47,929 bases of DNA from positions 1 through 47,929 of the forward strand of contig CAZQLW010000002.1 of NCBI GenBank assembly GCA_964594395.1. The letters run 5' to 3'. Positions within the stretch are counted from its first letter, which is position 1; each line of letters starts with the position of its first letter. This DNA comes from an uncultured Methanosarcinales archaeon (GTDB lineage: Archaea > Nanobdellota > Nanobdellia > Woesearchaeales > GW2011-AR9). Positions 17,973-27,008 of the stretch are shown in pieces. The notes beneath the pieces were generated by a model that searched no databases, had not been told where the DNA came from, and worked only from the letters and a program-made list of their open reading frames with translations. Both the position numbers and the translations under genes were made by a program.

Positions 17973-18069
17973 GGCAATCGGGGGGAATCGAACCCCCAAC
18001 TGAAGCTCTCTGCGTAATAAACTTTTTTACGCCACAGGCTTCCATGATAACCGTTTCACCACGATCGCC
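17973..18069 (-). tRNA. tRNA-His (anticodon GUG) with a 24-nt intron at the canonical 37/38 position
   Basis: Minus strand reads G(-1) GCGAUCG UG GUGA AACGGUUA UCAU G GAAGC CUGUGG|CGUAAAAAAGUUUAUUACGCAGAG|A GCUUC AGUU GGGGG UUCGAUU CCCCC CGAUUGC C. All four stems pair. G-1 opposite C73 is the His identity element. The intron folds into a helix-bulge-helix-bulge-helix, with both cut sites after the second nt of a 3-nt bulge. No encoded CCA. Confidence 0.9.
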
Positions 18070-18095
18070 AATATAATTGAATAGAAACATATCTC

Positions 18096-18105
18096 TTTTA
18101 AAAAA
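18096..18105 (-). promoter_or_regulatory. TATA-like box (TTTTTTAAAA on the minus strand) upstream of tRNA-His
   Basis: 26 nt upstream of G-1. Confidence 0.35.
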
Positions 18106-18233
18106 CTTTTTGTAGTTACAACTAATTAAATAAGAATTACTGATGATGAATACAATCAACTCGTGTAGTAGTTGTCATATTTATCTAAAAATGGAGTAGA
18201 TATTTAAATGTTTTGGAGCTAAATTAATCAACT

Positions 18234-19706
18234 CTAAATAACTAATACTTTCTGCTTCCTCAAAACTTTAATCTTAACCCAATGTGTATAACCTAAGAAT
18301 TCTCCACCAGCTTGTAAAGGGAAAGGTACTTCGCTTCTAATTTCAAACTTTTTTGCTTTAAAACTAAACAAAGGTGGTCTTTCTAAACCTAACGTTCCCA
18401 GAATTAAACCCCACAATCTTACTGGTTTATTAAAAAAATGTGAATGGGAATTAATACAAGCTGAACCATAAACATTTCCGTCATCAGGTTCAACTTTTCC
18501 GGTCAAAGCTCTGATTCCGTAACCAATATAAGGTATTTTAGCAAAGGTAAAATTTACACAGTTTTCTAACATTTTTTCCTTGCCACCAATATTACAAGAA
18601 AAGTCATAATCTCCCTTAGCTTTAAACAATGCTTTCCAAGAAGCGGCTACGTAATCAAAAAGTCCATGTTGAGTTCTATTTTTACTGCTTAACCGCATTA
18701 CTTCAGCGTCAACACCTAAACTTAAAAATAAAGTTTGTTTCTTACCTTTTTCCCATTCAAGTTCGAGAACGTCAAGTTTCATCTCTCGAAAATTAAACCG
18801 TGAACGCAGATATTCAAACCTTTTTCCTTTATAAAAATATGAATAAAAAGCGTTACCTGCTCCAAGAGGAAAAAATCCTAAACTTTTTTTTTCTAAAGGT
18901 TTGTAATTCAATGCCCCTTCAAAAGAACCGTCACCACCAGCAATAACAATTTGTTTATAATCTTTAATTTTTAAATCAATGCCGGAAAACATATCTGTCT
19001 TTCTTAAATTAAAAAAACTAATCGGGGCATTTCTCCGTTTTGAAAAAACTTTTAACAACCTTCTTCGATAACCGTCTTTATACCCTCTTGACTTTCTATT
19101 AGCCAAAATGATAATTTTTTCTTTATTTATCTTTTCTCCAAATTTTTTCCTGATTCGAATTCCATGAAAATAAGTAAAACTGTGATGGACAATGGAAACA
19201 ATCATAAAAATAATTGCGATAGCGGTAGCGAGAGTAATTATTGCGTTCACTGGTCCGAACAAGCTAAATCCTAAATCGTAAACTAAATATTCTTTAACTA
19301 ACAATCCAAGAACAATAGTTATTTGACTGATTATACAAATGTTCCAATAAACTTCTTCTTTAATATCAATATCGTCGTGGGAAGCTAACCAACGGAAGAG
19401 GATTACCACCAAATCTCTGAAAATAAAGAAAAGGAAAATGAATAATGAGAACTCTTTTTGCAGTACAAAAACAAAGAGAATAACTACAATTAAAAATTTG
19501 TCTGCAAAAGGGTCAATAAAACTATTAAACCGAGTTTCTTCTTCTCTAATTTTTGCAATGATATCATCAATAATTGTACTGAACACGGCAATGAACAAGA
19601 AAATAACTGCCCACAAAGAAGTGGGTGCGGTTTCTTGATAAATTAAGTAGACAATAAGTGGCACTACAACAATTCTAAACAAAGCAATTAAGTTGGAAAT
19701 GTTCAT
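18234..19706 (-). CDS. fusion protein: CDP-alcohol phosphatidyltransferase-like membrane domain (degenerate motif) plus diacylglycerol/lipid kinase catalytic domain
   Basis: N-terminal ~190 aa are polytopic, with STIIDDIIAKIREEETRFNSFIDPFADK aligned to D-x2-DG-x2-AR-x8-G-x3-D-x3-D (first D is T, G is D, R is K, G is N). The C-terminal ~290 aa carry IVIAGGDGSFEGALN and FPLGAGNAF, typical of DAGK_cat/LCB5-type lipid kinases. Confidence 0.7.
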   Translation of the reverse strand: MNISNLIALFRIVVVPLIVYLIYQETAPTSLWAVIFLFIAVFSTIIDDIIAKIREEETRFNSFIDPFADKFLIVVILFVFVLQKEFSLFIFLFFIFRDLVVILFRWLASHDDIDIKEEVYWNICIISQITIVLGLLVKEYLVYDLGFSLFGPVNAIITLATAIAIIFMIVSIVHHSFTYFHGIRIRKKFGEKINKEKIIILANRKSRGYKDGYRRRLLKVFSKRRNAPISFFNLRKTDMFSGIDLKIKDYKQIVIAGGDGSFEGALNYKPLEKKSLGFFPLGAGNAFYSYFYKGKRFEYLRSRFNFREMKLDVLELEWEKGKKQTLFLSLGVDAEVMRLSSKNRTQHGLFDYVAASWKALFKAKGDYDFSCNIGGKEKMLENCVNFTFAKIPYIGYGIRALTGKVEPDDGNVYGSACINSHSHFFNKPVRLWGLILGTLGLERPPLFSFKAKKFEIRSEVPFPLQAGGEFLGYTHWVKIKVLRKQKVLVI

Positions 19707-19753
19707 CTAAGATAAGAAAAATAAAAGAGTTTAAAAGTGTTTGCTGAAAAAAA

Positions 19754-21397
19754 TCACATCCCTCCCATCCCCGGAGGCATACCGCCCATTCCTGGTGGGC
19801 CCTGGGGGGTTTGACTTGTTCCACCCAAAATAACATCGTCAATTCTTAAAATCATTTCTGCTACTTCAGTTGCTGAAGATAAAGCCTGAGTTTTAATTTT
19901 TAGCGGTTCAATAACTCCACTTTGCCAAGAGTCCATCACTTCGCCAGTAAAAACGTTCAATCCAGCATTTTTATTATTTTGATCATGTTCAGCTCTTAAT
20001 TTGGTTAAAACATCGATTGGGTCTAGGCCAGCATTTTCTGCTAAAGTTCTTGGAACAACTTCCATCGCTTCAGCAAAGGCCTGTACAGCAAGTTGTTCTC
20101 TGCCGCTTAAACTGCGCGAATAGTTTCTGATCCATTTAGCTAATTCAATTTCTACTGCTCCTGCACCAGTAACAACTTTACCTTCTTTTAATGTTGCTGC
20201 TAAATCTCCGATAGCGTCAGTTACTGCTCTTTTAATTTCATCAGCAACATGTTCTGTTCCTCCTTTAACTAAGATAGTCATTGCTTTCGGGTTTCTACAT
20301 TTCTCAATAAAAATCATCTCTTCATCATTAATCTTTTTTTCTCTGATTAATCCAGCATAACCAACATCTTCAAAACTTAATTCTTTTAAGTTACTGACGA
20401 TTTTTGCTCCTGTTGCTTGAGCTAAAGTTTCCATGTCAGACTTCTTTACTCTTCTTACTGCAAGGATTTTTTCCTTTGCTAAGAAATGTTGAGCAAGGTC
20501 ATCAATACCTTTTTGACAAAATAGTACTGTTGCTCCACTACTTTTAACTTGTTCAACCATATTTTTAAGACTTTTTTCTTCCTGTTCAAGGAAAGAGTTT
20601 AACTGTGTTGGGTCGGTGATTTGAATTTTTGCATCAATTTCTGTATTTTTTATTTCTAAAGCACTGTTAAGCAGAACAACTTTTGCTTCTTCTACTTTTA
20701 CGGGCATTGCAGAATGAACTTTTTCTTTATCAATAACAATCCCTTCTACTAACTCGCTACCATCAGTACTTTCGCCCACTATTTTTTCAATTTTAATACA
20801 ATCTAAATTAGTTTCAATTTTATCATCTGTTTCCATTGCAATACTTTTTACAGCTTTAACAACTAATTCTGCAAGTTTACTTTTGTTTGCTTCTGCGCCT
20901 TTACCAGTCATTGCAGTAATAGCAATATTTTTAAGAACAGTTTCATCATTAATAGAAACATCAATTGCAGCTTCTTTCAAAATTTTTTGAGCTTCTTGTT
21001 CCGCTAACCTATATCCTTTAGCAAGAATAGTGGGATGAATCTCTTGGTCAAGTAAATCTTCAGCTTTTTTTAGAAGTTCACCAGCAAGAATAACTGCGGT
21101 AGTTGTTCCATCACCTACTGCATCTTCTTGAGTTTTAGCAATTTCTACAATCATCTTTCCAGCTGGATGTTCAATCTGGATCTCTTTAAGAATTGTTACT
21201 CCATCGTTAGTTACAATTACATCTCCCATTGAATCAACCACCATTTTGTCCATTCCTTTTGGTCCTAAAGTTGTTCTTACAGTTTGTGCTACCGCTTTTG
21301 CAGCAGCAATATTGTTACGTTGTGCATCTTTTCCAGTAGTTCTTTTAGTATCTTCAGGCATGATAAATATTGGTTGAACATTATTGTTATTAGACAT
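19754..21397 (-). CDS. ths: thermosome subunit (group II chaperonin)
   Basis: [23 protein letters not shown] and a C-terminal GGM-type tail ([13 protein letters not shown]). GGAGGA SD 8 nt upstream of the ATG. Confidence 0.95.
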   Translation of the reverse strand: MSNNNNVQPIFIMPEDTKRTTGKDAQRNNIAAAKAVAQTVRTTLGPKGMDKMVVDSMGDVIVTNDGVTILKEIQIEHPAGKMIVEIAKTQEDAVGDGTTTAVILAGELLKKAEDLLDQEIHPTILAKGYRLAEQEAQKILKEAAIDVSINDETVLKNIAITAMTGKGAEANKSKLAELVVKAVKSIAMETDDKIETNLDCIKIEKIVGESTDGSELVEGIVIDKEKVHSAMPVKVEEAKVVLLNSALEIKNTEIDAKIQITDPTQLNSFLEQEEKSLKNMVEQVKSSGATVLFCQKGIDDLAQHFLAKEKILAVRRVKKSDMETLAQATGAKIVSNLKELSFEDVGYAGLIREKKINDEEMIFIEKCRNPKAMTILVKGGTEHVADEIKRAVTDAIGDLAATLKEGKVVTGAGAVEIELAKWIRNYSRSLSGREQLAVQAFAEAMEVVPRTLAENAGLDPIDVLTKLRAEHDQNNKNAGLNVFTGEVMDSWQSGVIEPLKIKTQALSSATEVAEMILRIDDVILGGTSQTPQGPPGMGGMPPGMGGM

Positions 21398-21582
21398 TTT
21401 TATATCCTCCGTTAGTTAATTTGTTATAAATTTGTTTAAAAGTAACATCTATCTATTAATTGTTAAATCAGCACTTTTTTCTTTTTATAAAGCTTATGCA
21501 AAATTGACTTGAAAAATCCATATTACACAATAATAATCTTTATTAACTTAAATACCTCATTAACAAAAAAATAGTTGATACC

Positions 21583-22389
21583 ATGTCAAGTATAATCTTC
21601 TTAGGAACAGCAGGTAGTTCAGCAGTGGTAACTAAGCAGTTTCGAGCTTCCGGAGGAATAATCTTACAATTAGAAGATCTTCAGTTTCATCTTGATCCCG
21701 GTCCCGGAGCTTTAAATAAAGCTAAAGAGTACAATATTAACTTGCATCACACTACTGCAGTTTTAGTATCTCATTGTCATATTAATCATTGTAACGATTT
21801 AAATGTTGTAATTGATGCAATGACTCATTCAGGAATTGAACATAGAGGAATAATTTTGGGTAGTAAATCAACGTTTCAAAACATTGAAAATAGTCATCCT
21901 TTGTTAACAAAACATCATCAAAATTTAGCAGAGAAGATTATTACGCTTGAAAAGAATCATAAAGTTGCTATTGAATTGATAGAAATTAACGCTTTGCCAG
22001 TAGAACATTCTGATTCTACTGCTATTGGGTTCAAATTCTTTTGTCCAAAATTCACTTTAAGTTACACAGGTGATACAAAGTTAACTCCACAATTATTAGA
22101 TGCTTTAATGGGTTCAGACATTTTAATTTTAAACGTACCCTACCCAGGAGATAAAGGTAAAGGATTGAACTTGGATACGCAATCAGCAATAAAAATTGTA
22201 TCTCATGTTCGGCCAAAATTGGTAGTGATAACCCATTTCGGCTTGGAAATGTTAAAAGCTGATCCACTTCAGGAAGCTAGAGAAATTCAACGTCTTACTG
22301 GAGTTCAAACAATTGCTGCTCGTGACGGTTTACTGATTTCACCAGAAAGTTATGGTGATTACAAAGGTCCAGTTCGAGGTTATAGCTAG
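21583..22389 (+). CDS. MBL-fold metallo-hydrolase (variant metal motif)
   Basis: IIFLGTAGS..., VLVSHCHINHCND (HxHxNH where HxHxDH is expected) and VITHFG. Confidence 0.65.
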   Translation: MSSIIFLGTAGSSAVVTKQFRASGGIILQLEDLQFHLDPGPGALNKAKEYNINLHHTTAVLVSHCHINHCNDLNVVIDAMTHSGIEHRGIILGSKSTFQNIENSHPLLTKHHQNLAEKIITLEKNHKVAIELIEINALPVEHSDSTAIGFKFFCPKFTLSYTGDTKLTPQLLDALMGSDILILNVPYPGDKGKGLNLDTQSAIKIVSHVRPKLVVITHFGLEMLKADPLQEAREIQRLTGVQTIAARDGLLISPESYGDYKGPVRGYS

Positions 22390-22423
22390 TTAACTTAATA
22401 AGAAAAGTGAAAAGAAATATAAC

Positions 22424-22738
22424 TTAATCTTCTAAGATTTTTTCAATTTTTACTAAATGGTTAATGTTACTTTTTAGCTTTTTAAGACTTTTTTTTGCAG
22501 CTTTAATACTTTTTAGGGCTTTTTCTGAATTTTTTCTTTGTAATTCAAATTCTGTGCCCCTTTGAAAATCTAAAAAGTTTTCTAAGTTTATTCCAAGATT
22601 ATTAAGAATTTCACCCAATTCCTTTTTACTGAACCTACTCTTGAAACGTGATTTTAATTTTGCTTGTGCTTGTTTTGTTTTTCCTAATTCAATTAAACTT
22701 TGAATTTCGTCTAATTCCGTTTTATGAAACCAACCCAT
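22424..22738 (-). CDS. hypothetical K/E-rich helical protein
   Basis: 104-aa ORF with no motif. Confidence 0.35.
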   Translation of the reverse strand: MGWFHKTELDEIQSLIELGKTKQAQAKLKSRFKSRFSKKELGEILNNLGINLENFLDFQRGTEFELQRKNSEKALKSIKAAKKSLKKLKSNINHLVKIEKILED

Positions 22739-22801
22739 TTTAATCTTTCCTCATTTTATATTTAATTTTAATTTTTTTATTATTATTTATAGTTTTCCCT
22801 T

Positions 22802-23704
22802 CTAAATTAAAAAACTGATTAGATAAATCGTTCCTAATCCTAAAAAACAACCTGCAGAAATGAACGGCATCGCGGGATAAAACTTTTTCTCTTTACCTTT
22901 CCACATTAATATTCCTAAACCTAACAAAGCAAAGAAAGGAATAATTAACGCTTGCCATAATCCCATCTCTTTAAGAATAACGCCTGCAAAAATTAACGGG
23001 AAAGCGATATCTCCGCCACCTAAAACGGCGGTCCTAATTTTAACGGAAACTTTAGTTTTGGTTTTCTTCTCAGTTATTTTTTTCTTAACTTTTTTAGAAA
23101 CGGTTTTACCTAACTTGTATGGAATCATTAATCCGGCAAAGATTTTTGCTTTTGTTTGCGATTTAGCTAAAGTAATCATATGTTTAGATTTCCAGACAGC
23201 ATAAGCATCATAAATAGAAATAAGAATTAAAAGGATAATAACTGACCACATATTAAACATAGGGACAAAGATTGCTGCTAAACCACCATAAATAAATAAT
23301 TCAGTGATATTTTGTACCCACACATTAGGTTTGAAAATTTTCCAAATTCCAAAAGCGAGGGCAAGAATTAAAGCAATTTCAGCTTTCATAAAAGCTGTTC
23401 CAGCAATTGTTAAAGCGATAACTACCGCTAACAAGAACCAAATTTTCCAAACCCACATCCATTGATATTTGATGATCAGTAACAAAAGTCCGGTTCCGAT
23501 AAGTATTGCCAGAATGATAAAAATGAAAGAAGTTCTTTCTTCTACTGGCGGTCTCTCACCAATAGGTAATTCTTTAAATACAGTTTCACCGGTTTCTAAA
23601 CTTTTATCAGCGTCAATATAATTATAAATAATTCCAATCCCAATAAATTGGGCAAGGAGAAATATAGTTAACATAATAATTGTTATTTTAAGACTGTGTT
23701 TCAT
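22802..23704 (-). CDS. presenilin/signal-peptide-peptidase-like intramembrane aspartyl protease (A22 family, archaeal PSH type)
   Basis: Polytopic, with YD (SIYDAYAV), GxGD (VLGGGDIAFP) and a PAL-like PAM (FYPAMPF) in the expected order. A lysine-rich cytosolic loop lies between the two catalytic TMs. Confidence 0.75.
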   Translation of the reverse strand: MKHSLKITIIMLTIFLLAQFIGIGIIYNYIDADKSLETGETVFKELPIGERPPVEERTSFIFIILAILIGTGLLLLIIKYQWMWVWKIWFLLAVVIALTIAGTAFMKAEIALILALAFGIWKIFKPNVWVQNITELFIYGGLAAIFVPMFNMWSVIILLILISIYDAYAVWKSKHMITLAKSQTKAKIFAGLMIPYKLGKTVSKKVKKKITEKKTKTKVSVKIRTAVLGGGDIAFPLIFAGVILKEMGLWQALIIPFFALLGLGILMWKGKEKKFYPAMPFISAGCFLGLGTIYLISFLI

Positions 23705-23804
23705 TAAAATAAATGAAAGTTTTAATGTTTATATAATTAACTAAAACTTGGTTCAATCAAATTGAGCAAACACCAGAGCACGGCGCCCACTAACTTAAAT
23801 AATA

Positions 23805-25328
23805 CTAAAATCCAATGCCAGAATAACTTTGTTTAAACTGAGTTTCTTCTTTACCTTTTTCAACAAACTCTTCAAATAAAGGAACTTTTACCGGAACCGC
23901 GAATCGGGTGAACGTACTGGTTACTAAAGCTTCACCTTTATCTAAAGCGGCAATATTACGATTATCTTGAGAAAGGTCTTGTGGTGAAGATTCTATTATT
24001 GCCTGTCGTTCAGAATTCATTTCTATCCCTAAAATGATTTTAGTGTTCATATTAGCAAGGATATTTTTTGGTATTTCGCTTGGAAGTTGAGTAATTGCTA
24101 TTAAACCAACTTTAAATTTTCTCCCTTCTCTTGCTAGAGTTTCAAAAATGTTACTTCCTTGTTCTAAAACTTTTTTACCTAACACTCTTGGTGCTTCTTC
24201 TAAGACGATAGAAATTACTGGTTTCTCGTCTAACTGGCCGTTCTTTTTGTAATACTTATATTTTTCAAATATTTCTGTAGTAATTAAACTGCCAATCATG
24301 ATTTCAATTGCTCCAGAAAAATAGCTAGTATCAATAATTACTATTTTTCCTTGTTCCAAATCTTGACAAATCTCACTAACAGTATTTTCTCCAGCAACAA
24401 AATCAAAAATTCCTTGACAATACAACTGTTCATCTACCAATTCTAATCCCAGAAGAGAAATGAGTTTCCTTTTAACTACAGAAATTGTATCTTCATGGAA
24501 ATGTACCCCTTCAATTCTTTTTTCTCCGAGCATTGAAGATATCCATTCTTCTTTGAATTTTCGGTAATAAGCATAAATACATTGTTTTTGTGGATCGCTG
24601 AGAGAAATGGCACCTTGAAAATGTTCAGGTTTTAATTTTTTTAAATTGATTTTTAAACTCCTAGCACCAGGTGGTGGGCTACTAGGGGTATAGTAACTAA
24701 CTTTATCTTTTTGCGGATGATCCTTTAACCCTAATCCGGTTCTACCATAATACTCATCGTGCGGGTCAAGAACTAACATTCCTGCATAATTGTTTTTCAA
24801 AATGTCCCAAAGAATACAAGACATTAAATTTGATTTTCCTTTTCCTGTAGATGCTGGGATAAGAACATGATGGCTCAGGACATCTTTACCAGCCAGAAAA
24901 ACGTTAAAGTCCATCTCTTTACTTCCTGATCTTAGTTTTCCTAGAAATAAAGGATTTTGTGGGGTGGTAATAAACGATAAATCTTCTTTAGTAATTTCTC
25001 TTACTTTAGTAAAGAAAGTAGGCAACTTTTTACAAGTTTTACTGTTTTGGCCAACGTTTAAAATTGGTTTTAAGAAAGCTAGTTGATAGTTTCTAAGATT
25101 TTGGTCCATGATTGAGAATGAACTTTCCTCCTCTAAACTCATCCCGGCAACCATTTCCAGATTTTGTTGTGATATTTGGCTCCCGTAAACTAAATCGTAA
25201 ACTTGAAGGATAAACTTTTCACCATTATTTTCAATTACTACTAATTCTCCTAATTCTACTTCTTCGTCTGTTTTTATCCGCATAACTATTTTACCGAAAT
25301 CTCCAGAAACAACTTGGCCTTTTGTCAT
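23805..25328 (-). CDS. HerA-like (DUF87) hexameric ATPase/helicase
   Basis: N-terminal HAS-barrel-like segment. Walker [31 protein letters not shown] and [21 protein letters not shown] are typical of the HerA/FtsK clade. Confidence 0.8.
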   Translation of the reverse strand: MTKGQVVSGDFGKIVMRIKTDEEVELGELVVIENNGEKFILQVYDLVYGSQISQQNLEMVAGMSLEEESSFSIMDQNLRNYQLAFLKPILNVGQNSKTCKKLPTFFTKVREITKEDLSFITTPQNPLFLGKLRSGSKEMDFNVFLAGKDVLSHHVLIPASTGKGKSNLMSCILWDILKNNYAGMLVLDPHDEYYGRTGLGLKDHPQKDKVSYYTPSSPPPGARSLKINLKKLKPEHFQGAISLSDPQKQCIYAYYRKFKEEWISSMLGEKRIEGVHFHEDTISVVKRKLISLLGLELVDEQLYCQGIFDFVAGENTVSEICQDLEQGKIVIIDTSYFSGAIEIMIGSLITTEIFEKYKYYKKNGQLDEKPVISIVLEEAPRVLGKKVLEQGSNIFETLAREGRKFKVGLIAITQLPSEIPKNILANMNTKIILGIEMNSERQAIIESSPQDLSQDNRNIAALDKGEALVTSTFTRFAVPVKVPLFEEFVEKGKEETQFKQSYSGIGF

Positions 25329-25417
25329 AGTTCTGGTGTTAATCTTTTCATTTTTAAGGATTTATGTTTTTGATAAGATAGGACTAATGATGAAGAAAAA
25401 TAGTTTCAACAAAAAGC

Positions 25418-25425
25418 TTTATAAA
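25418..25425 (+). promoter_or_regulatory. BRE/TATA (AAAAAGC-TTTATAAA) for rpl35ae
   Basis: 23 nt upstream of ATG 25449. Confidence 0.5.
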
Positions 25426-25448
25426 ATACCCCTATTTCTAGCTTAAAC

Positions 25449-25703
25449 ATGGAAGCAATAGTAATGCATTTTAGACAAGGACGACATCATGTTAACCCTA
25501 AACAGATGATTCTTAAAGTGGCTGATACTGCTGAAGAAGCTGAAAAAAGTATTGGTAAAACAGTTACTTGGAAAACACCTACTGGTAATGAAATTAAAGG
25601 TAAAATATCGGCTTTACACGGTAGAAATGGTAACGTTAGGGCTATTTTTGCAGAGAAAGGTCTTCCTGGTCAAGCTTTAGGTCAAAAAGTTACAGTTGAA
25701 TAA
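25449..25703 (+). CDS. rpl35ae: 50S ribosomal protein L35Ae (eL33)
   Basis: 84 aa. FRQGRHH..., GKTVTWKTPTGNEIKGKISALHGRNGNVRAIF matches the L35Ae beta-barrel pattern. Confidence 0.85.
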   Translation: MEAIVMHFRQGRHHVNPKQMILKVADTAEEAEKSIGKTVTWKTPTGNEIKGKISALHGRNGNVRAIFAEKGLPGQALGQKVTVE

Positions 25704-25793
25704 TTTCTTTTTTTAGAGTGGTTTTTTGATTTTAAATGAATCTATGCAACGATTAACTAGTTGTCACTTATGGGTAACAAATAAACCAAAAAG

Positions 25794-25801
25794 TTTATAA
25801 A
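25794..25801 (+). promoter_or_regulatory. BRE/TATA (AAAAAG-TTTATAAA)
   Basis: 24 nt upstream of ATG 25826. Confidence 0.5.
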
Positions 25802-25825
25802 CTAAAGCCCTTTTTTAAGCTTATA

Positions 25826-27001
25826 ATGGTGGAATTAAGAGCTTTACATTTCTCAGACTTGCACGAAGATTATGCTAAATTGGAAGCTATTCAAGAATTC
25901 TTATCAGATCATGAAAGTATTGATGTTACTCTATATTCTGGTGATTTTATTCAGTGTCAATATGAAATTACAAAAGATATTGGTGGTTTTTATGATACTG
26001 AAGGAAGACCTTTTATGGCTAGTTTGTTAGAAGGGGGCTTTAATGCATGCCAAAGTGATGAATTATTTAATGAAAAGAAAGAAGAATTAGTTTCTCTTAT
26101 TGAAGAAGTTAAAACTCGAGATGTAACTATGGGGGATCAAGAAAAATATGGTTCTTTAATTAGTGTACTAACTGACTTAGTTGCAAAAAAAACAATCGAA
26201 GTAACAGATAAAACATTTCCTGAAAAATTAGCAAGAGAATCTTATCAGAAATTGGCTGATGAATTTGGAAAAATAAATGAGATTGCTCCAATTTGTGGGG
26301 TTCTTGGAAACCATGATTTAACTATTGGTTATGACGCATTAGGTGATGTTGTAACTTTTTTAGAAACAACTGAAAAAGCAGTTGTGAAAGGAAAATCCGG
26401 AATTGAATTTATTCTTAAAGGAGACATTAATAGTTATGAAGTTCCACCTTTAATCGGGGTAATTACAGGGATTGATAATTCTTTCTCTCGACATTTTATT
26501 GATTATGATCTAGGCAATTCTTTAGATTATGTTACTGAGATGGCTGAGAAAGCTAAAGAAGGGGATGATAATAGCCATTATAATGATTTATTAGATTCTT
26601 TACCTGAAAAAGTAAAAAATGAGCAAAAAAGATTAGGTTCAGCAGATGATGTTGATATTTATTTAACACACAAGCTTCCTAATTGTGAAAAATCTGCACC
26701 TAAGAATAGAAAGGTTTATGGGTGTCCTACCGGAGACATTGCAAAAGAATATTCAGAACATGCTAGCTGTACTTATGGTGGACATTTTCATAGTATGCAA
26801 GTTGGTGATAATTTTTTAGAAACTTTGCTTGAATCTAATGATTTTGAAATTGATGAAGATGGATGGAACGTTATTTATGTTGAAGACGAACAATTAAAAT
26901 TCATTAACTCTGCAGGGGATGGCTTTACTGTTACAGAATTTGATGAAGATAAAAGCATTGAATGTATAATGGTATACGAATTAATTGATGTTTACGATTA
27001 G
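25826..27001 (+). CDS. calcineurin-like metallophosphoesterase with a ~120-aa insertion between motifs II and III
   Basis: Motifs appear in order: HFSDLH (DxH), YSGDF (GD), LGNHD (GNHD), LTHK (H) and GGHFH (GHxH). Confidence 0.75.
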   Translation: MVELRALHFSDLHEDYAKLEAIQEFLSDHESIDVTLYSGDFIQCQYEITKDIGGFYDTEGRPFMASLLEGGFNACQSDELFNEKKEELVSLIEEVKTRDVTMGDQEKYGSLISVLTDLVAKKTIEVTDKTFPEKLARESYQKLADEFGKINEIAPICGVLGNHDLTIGYDALGDVVTFLETTEKAVVKGKSGIEFILKGDINSYEVPPLIGVITGIDNSFSRHFIDYDLGNSLDYVTEMAEKAKEGDDNSHYNDLLDSLPEKVKNEQKRLGSADDVDIYLTHKLPNCEKSAPKNRKVYGCPTGDIAKEYSEHASCTYGGHFHSMQVGDNFLETLLESNDFEIDEDGWNVIYVEDEQLKFINSAGDGFTVTEFDEDKSIECIMVYELIDVYD

Positions 27002-27008
27002 ATAAAAA

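Noticed and set aside
17917-18159. 80-aa minus-strand ORF
   Set aside because: It is fully explained by tRNA-His (17973-18069) and its promoter, and has no coding signal of its own.
23773-23792. Isolated GC-rich 20-mer (caccagagcacggcgcccac) in the herA-presenilin spacer
   Set aside because: It is striking against the AT-rich background and contains a GGCGCC palindrome. I could not fold it into a hairpin or match C/D-box or other RNA motifs, and it is too short to interpret. A comparative alignment might still be worthwhile.
25826-27001. Possibility that the metallophosphoesterase is Mre11, the partner of the nearby HerA-like gene
   Set aside because: The N-terminal motif context (HFSDLHEDY) and the ~120-aa insertion between motifs II and III do not look Mre11-like. 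No rad50 or nurA is present. It is kept as a generic phosphoesterase.
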